A model generated the notes under the pieces. The model saw only the letters and a program-made list of their open reading frames with translations, had not been told where the DNA came from and did no database searches. DNA of 18,870 nt from a virus. Taxonomy: Duplodnaviria; Heunggongvirae; Uroviricota; Caudoviricetes. The DNA is taken from the IMG/VR virus record IMGVR_UViG_2740892232_000009; one strand, written 5' to 3'. Made by a program: the position numbers and the translations under genes. Below, in pieces: positions 16,821 to 18,870 of the stretch (the first letter of the stretch is position 1; each line of letters begins with the position of its first letter).

Positions 16821-17359
16821 TTTACCCAACGAATACAGGAAAAAGCGGAGAACACCTTCGTCTCGCCACGCTGGAAAGTGTCTGGATTCAGGGCAAACTG
16901 CGTATGTGGGGGCGCTGGTCGTATATTGGCGGTGGCAGGTCAGGAAATATGTTCAATCAGTTGTTGGCATCCAAAAAATTGACGAAAACAGCCATCAATG
17001 AAGCCCTGCGCAGAATGAAAAAAGCGGGAATAGAGAAAGCTGAGCTGGAAGCGTTTTTGAGAGAGATGATCAACGGCAAGCAAAAGAGCTGGCTGGCGCA
17101 TTGTACTGATGCAGAGGCGTTATGTATTGATCGGGTCATAAGTGAGGTGCTGGCAGAGCATCCAGGATTGATTAGCGTCCTTCGGCAACGGTATGAGGGG
17201 CGGGGGATGACCAAACGCAAAATGGCTGAATTGCTAAATGATGCACACCCAGAGTGGTGTTTTAGCACATGCGAAAAGCGAATTGCTAATTGGTTGGCCG
17301 TTGCTGAGTATGCGCTATACATTCCCATGCGAGAATCATTCGCTCAAAAAACGGCTTGA
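16817..17359 (+). CDS. Q-like late-gene antiterminator (180 aa from GTG 16817)
   Basis: GTG at 16817 overlaps the YbcO-like stop (GTGA) and is preceded by AGGAGGG with 6-nt spacer. Translation contains ESVWIQGKLRMWGRWSY. Position is last before the tRNA / lysis region. The ORF-track start at 16697 is an out-of-context extension. Confidence 0.65.
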   Translation: MIYPTNTGKSGEHLRLATLESVWIQGKLRMWGRWSYIGGGRSGNMFNQLLASKKLTKTAINEALRRMKKAGIEKAELEAFLREMINGKQKSWLAHCTDAEALCIDRVISEVLAEHPGLISVLRQRYEGRGMTKRKMAELLNDAHPEWCFSTCEKRIANWLAVAEYALYIPMRESFAQKTA

Positions 17360-17444
17360 TTTTTTACGCGTAAACTGCTTCAATTTTGCTACGCTTCGCA
17401 AAGCTGTATCGCGAGGCGAATCAAGCGCAATTAAACTTTAATAG

Positions 17445-17475
17445 AACCCGCCATCAAGCGGGTTTTGTTGTTATT
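17445..17475 (+). terminator. Rho-independent terminator about 85 nt after the Q stop
   Basis: Stem AACCCGC (17445-17451), loop catcaa, GCGGGTT (17458-17464), followed by TTGTTGTTATT. Confidence 0.7.
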
Positions 17476-17620
17476 ATGGTGTGATATAAGAAACGACATT
17501 TAATATTGCCTTCAAAATAAATTTGTTTATATATTGTCGCGTATATTTTAAGTGAAGGTGAAATGTTCACATAAAATAAAAATACATAAATAAATTTACA
17601 TAGCTTGACGCAAAGTGTTG

Positions 17621-17648
17621 TTGCGATTGGAATATTAAATCGTATCAT
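17621..17648 (+). promoter_or_regulatory. Promoter-like element upstream of the tRNA pair (possible tRNA or late promoter)
   Basis: -35 TTGCGA (17621-17626), 16-bp spacer, -10 TATCAT (17643-17648), within a very AT-rich stretch. Predicted start near 17655, at the base of the hairpin. Confidence 0.35.
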
Positions 17649-17655
17649 CGAAAAC

Positions 17656-17721
17656 GGTTCTGAGGGGGAACTCTTCTTTGCTCGGTGATATCGCTCGGTG
17701 ATATCGCTCCCCTGAAGAACC
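17656..17721 (+). repeat. Long imperfect hairpin enclosing a tandem 13-bp direct repeat (GCTCGGTGATATC x2 at 17680-17705), ending 3 nt before tRNA-Thr
   Basis: Outer arms GGTTCTGAGGGGG (17656-17668) and CCCCTGAAGAACC (17709-17721) pair at 11 of 13 positions including one G-T wobble. Each repeat unit contains a GATATC palindrome. Confidence 0.6.
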
Positions 17722-17724
17722 AAT

Positions 17725-17800
<76 letters not shown>

Positions 17801-17803
17801 TAT

Positions 17804-17878
<75 letters not shown>

Positions 17879-18241
17879 GCATTTAAAACAAGCCTTATTG
17901 TATTACGGCACTGGCGTATTTTTTTATTACGTGGGAGCAGGTTGTTTTGAAAAAGCATTCTGTTCTCTGGCTATGATTTGAGGCCGGGTGTAGCCTCAGT
18001 GCTAATTTTTTACGGCAGCAGAATGGTGCATTATCGGTGGAGATTTTGTATTTCCTGGCAGGGTCGGTGATGCATCATTTTGGTGTTGTAAAAGCACCAC
18101 AGAGGCGCTCCTCAGTGCGAGGGTGGTTTAAAGAGTCGGTTTAGCGGGAAACCACAGTATCCATGCAGCACGGAATACTTCGGGAGGCACCCGACGCCTC
18201 GGTTTAATAACAATTAAAAAATTCATCCCTTGCATTGACCA

Positions 18242-18267
18242 ACCGCCATATCTGGCGGTTTTTTTTA
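18242..18267 (+). terminator. Canonical rho-independent terminator
   Basis: Stem ACCGCCA (18242-18248), loop TATC, TGGCGGT (18253-18259), followed by a run of eight T. Confidence 0.8.
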
Positions 18268-18654
18268 TTCCTTTCTCAGGACAAAAAAAGACACGAGCAT
18301 ACAGGAATACTCGTGGGACAACGTCCTTTAGATAGCAATTTGCGAGAGGGTGAAAAGTAGCGCGGTCGTCGGATTAAGACCGCGGGACAAAGTCCATGAA
18401 GAATAATAAGTATTGGCCCCTTCTGGGGACATGTTCATACTACTAAGCTTCAGAAGTGGTTTAAATCATCAAATTAACCTTAATTTTCGATAAGTCTTAT
18501 TTCATTTCTTTGCGCCACACCTGGCGCGCATCAAATAACGCCACGCAAAGGGCATCTGCGGATGCCGGTGCTTTTGACGGGGTGTTTTTTACGGGCCGCT
18601 GGTGGCCATTTTTTGTTTCCATTACACAGCGCCCGCATCTGCGAGGTGGGGGTT

Positions 18655-18870
18655 ATGAAATCCATGGATAAGTTAACAACAGGTGTCGCCTATGGCACCT
18701 CCGCAGGCAGTGCTGGCTACTGGTTTTTACAGTTGCTCGATAGAGTCACGCCCTCACAGTGGGCAGCAATAGGTGTGCTGGGTAGTCTGGTGTTTGGCCT
18801 GTTGACGTATCTGACAAATCTTTATTTCAAGATTAAAGAAGATAAGCGTAAGGCTGCACGGGGAGAGTAA
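18655..18870 (+). CDS. Phage 21 S-type pinholin (71 aa) with dual-start MKSM motif; first lysis gene
   Basis: Translation [81 protein letters not shown] precedes ATG 18655; second in-frame ATG at 18664. Stop TAA is the last three bases of the window. Confidence 0.85.
   Translation: MKSMDKLTTGVAYGTSAGSAGYWFLQLLDRVTPSQWAAIGVLGSLVFGLLTYLTNLYFKIKEDKRKAARGE

Noticed and set aside
17680-17705. Tandem 13-bp direct repeat considered as a CRISPR or iteron array
   Set aside because: Only two contiguous copies with no spacers and no cas genes; reported instead as part of the hairpin upstream of the tRNAs.
17454-17723. Minus-strand 89-aa ORF between Q and the tRNAs
   Set aside because: Begins with a non-ATG codon, runs through the terminator, the AT-rich promoter-like region and the hairpin, and its translation is dominated by AT-rich codons (I, Y, K, F).

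Overview
The window is a lambdoid (Rac-type) prophage read from its integrase end into the late region. (1) Positions 1-727: the 3' part of an IS630-family transposase gene abuts a 10-N assembly gap that also removes the 3' end of the integrase gene. (2) Positions 728-12279: a Rac-like early region in canonical order, minus strand intR-xisR(ydaQ)-ydaC-ralR-recT-recE-racC-ydaE-kilR, plus-strand sieB, minus-strand ydaF-ydaG and racR, then plus-strand ydaS-ydaT-ydaU-ydaV-ydaW and one further small ORF. Two control regions each carry a pair of 13-bp operator-like palindromes. (3) Positions 12280-15500: a visibly AT-rich accessory island. It holds a 752-aa P-loop NTPase with NACHT/STAND motifs and an N-terminal restriction-endonuclease-like region, with a promoter-like element upstream, followed by a 29-aa hydrophobic peptide ORF and a hokD-type type I toxin gene. 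This NTPase is the best candidate for an accessory defence system in the window. (4) Positions 15900-18870: late regulatory and lysis entry, comprising a nin-region protein, a YbcO-like Cys-rich protein, a Q-like antiterminator, an intrinsic terminator, tRNA-Thr(UGU) and tRNA-Gly(UCC), about 780 bp without long ORFs that contains a canonical terminator, and an S21-type pinholin ending at the window edge. All protein identifications rest on reading the supplied translations and on recalled family features; no database search was run.
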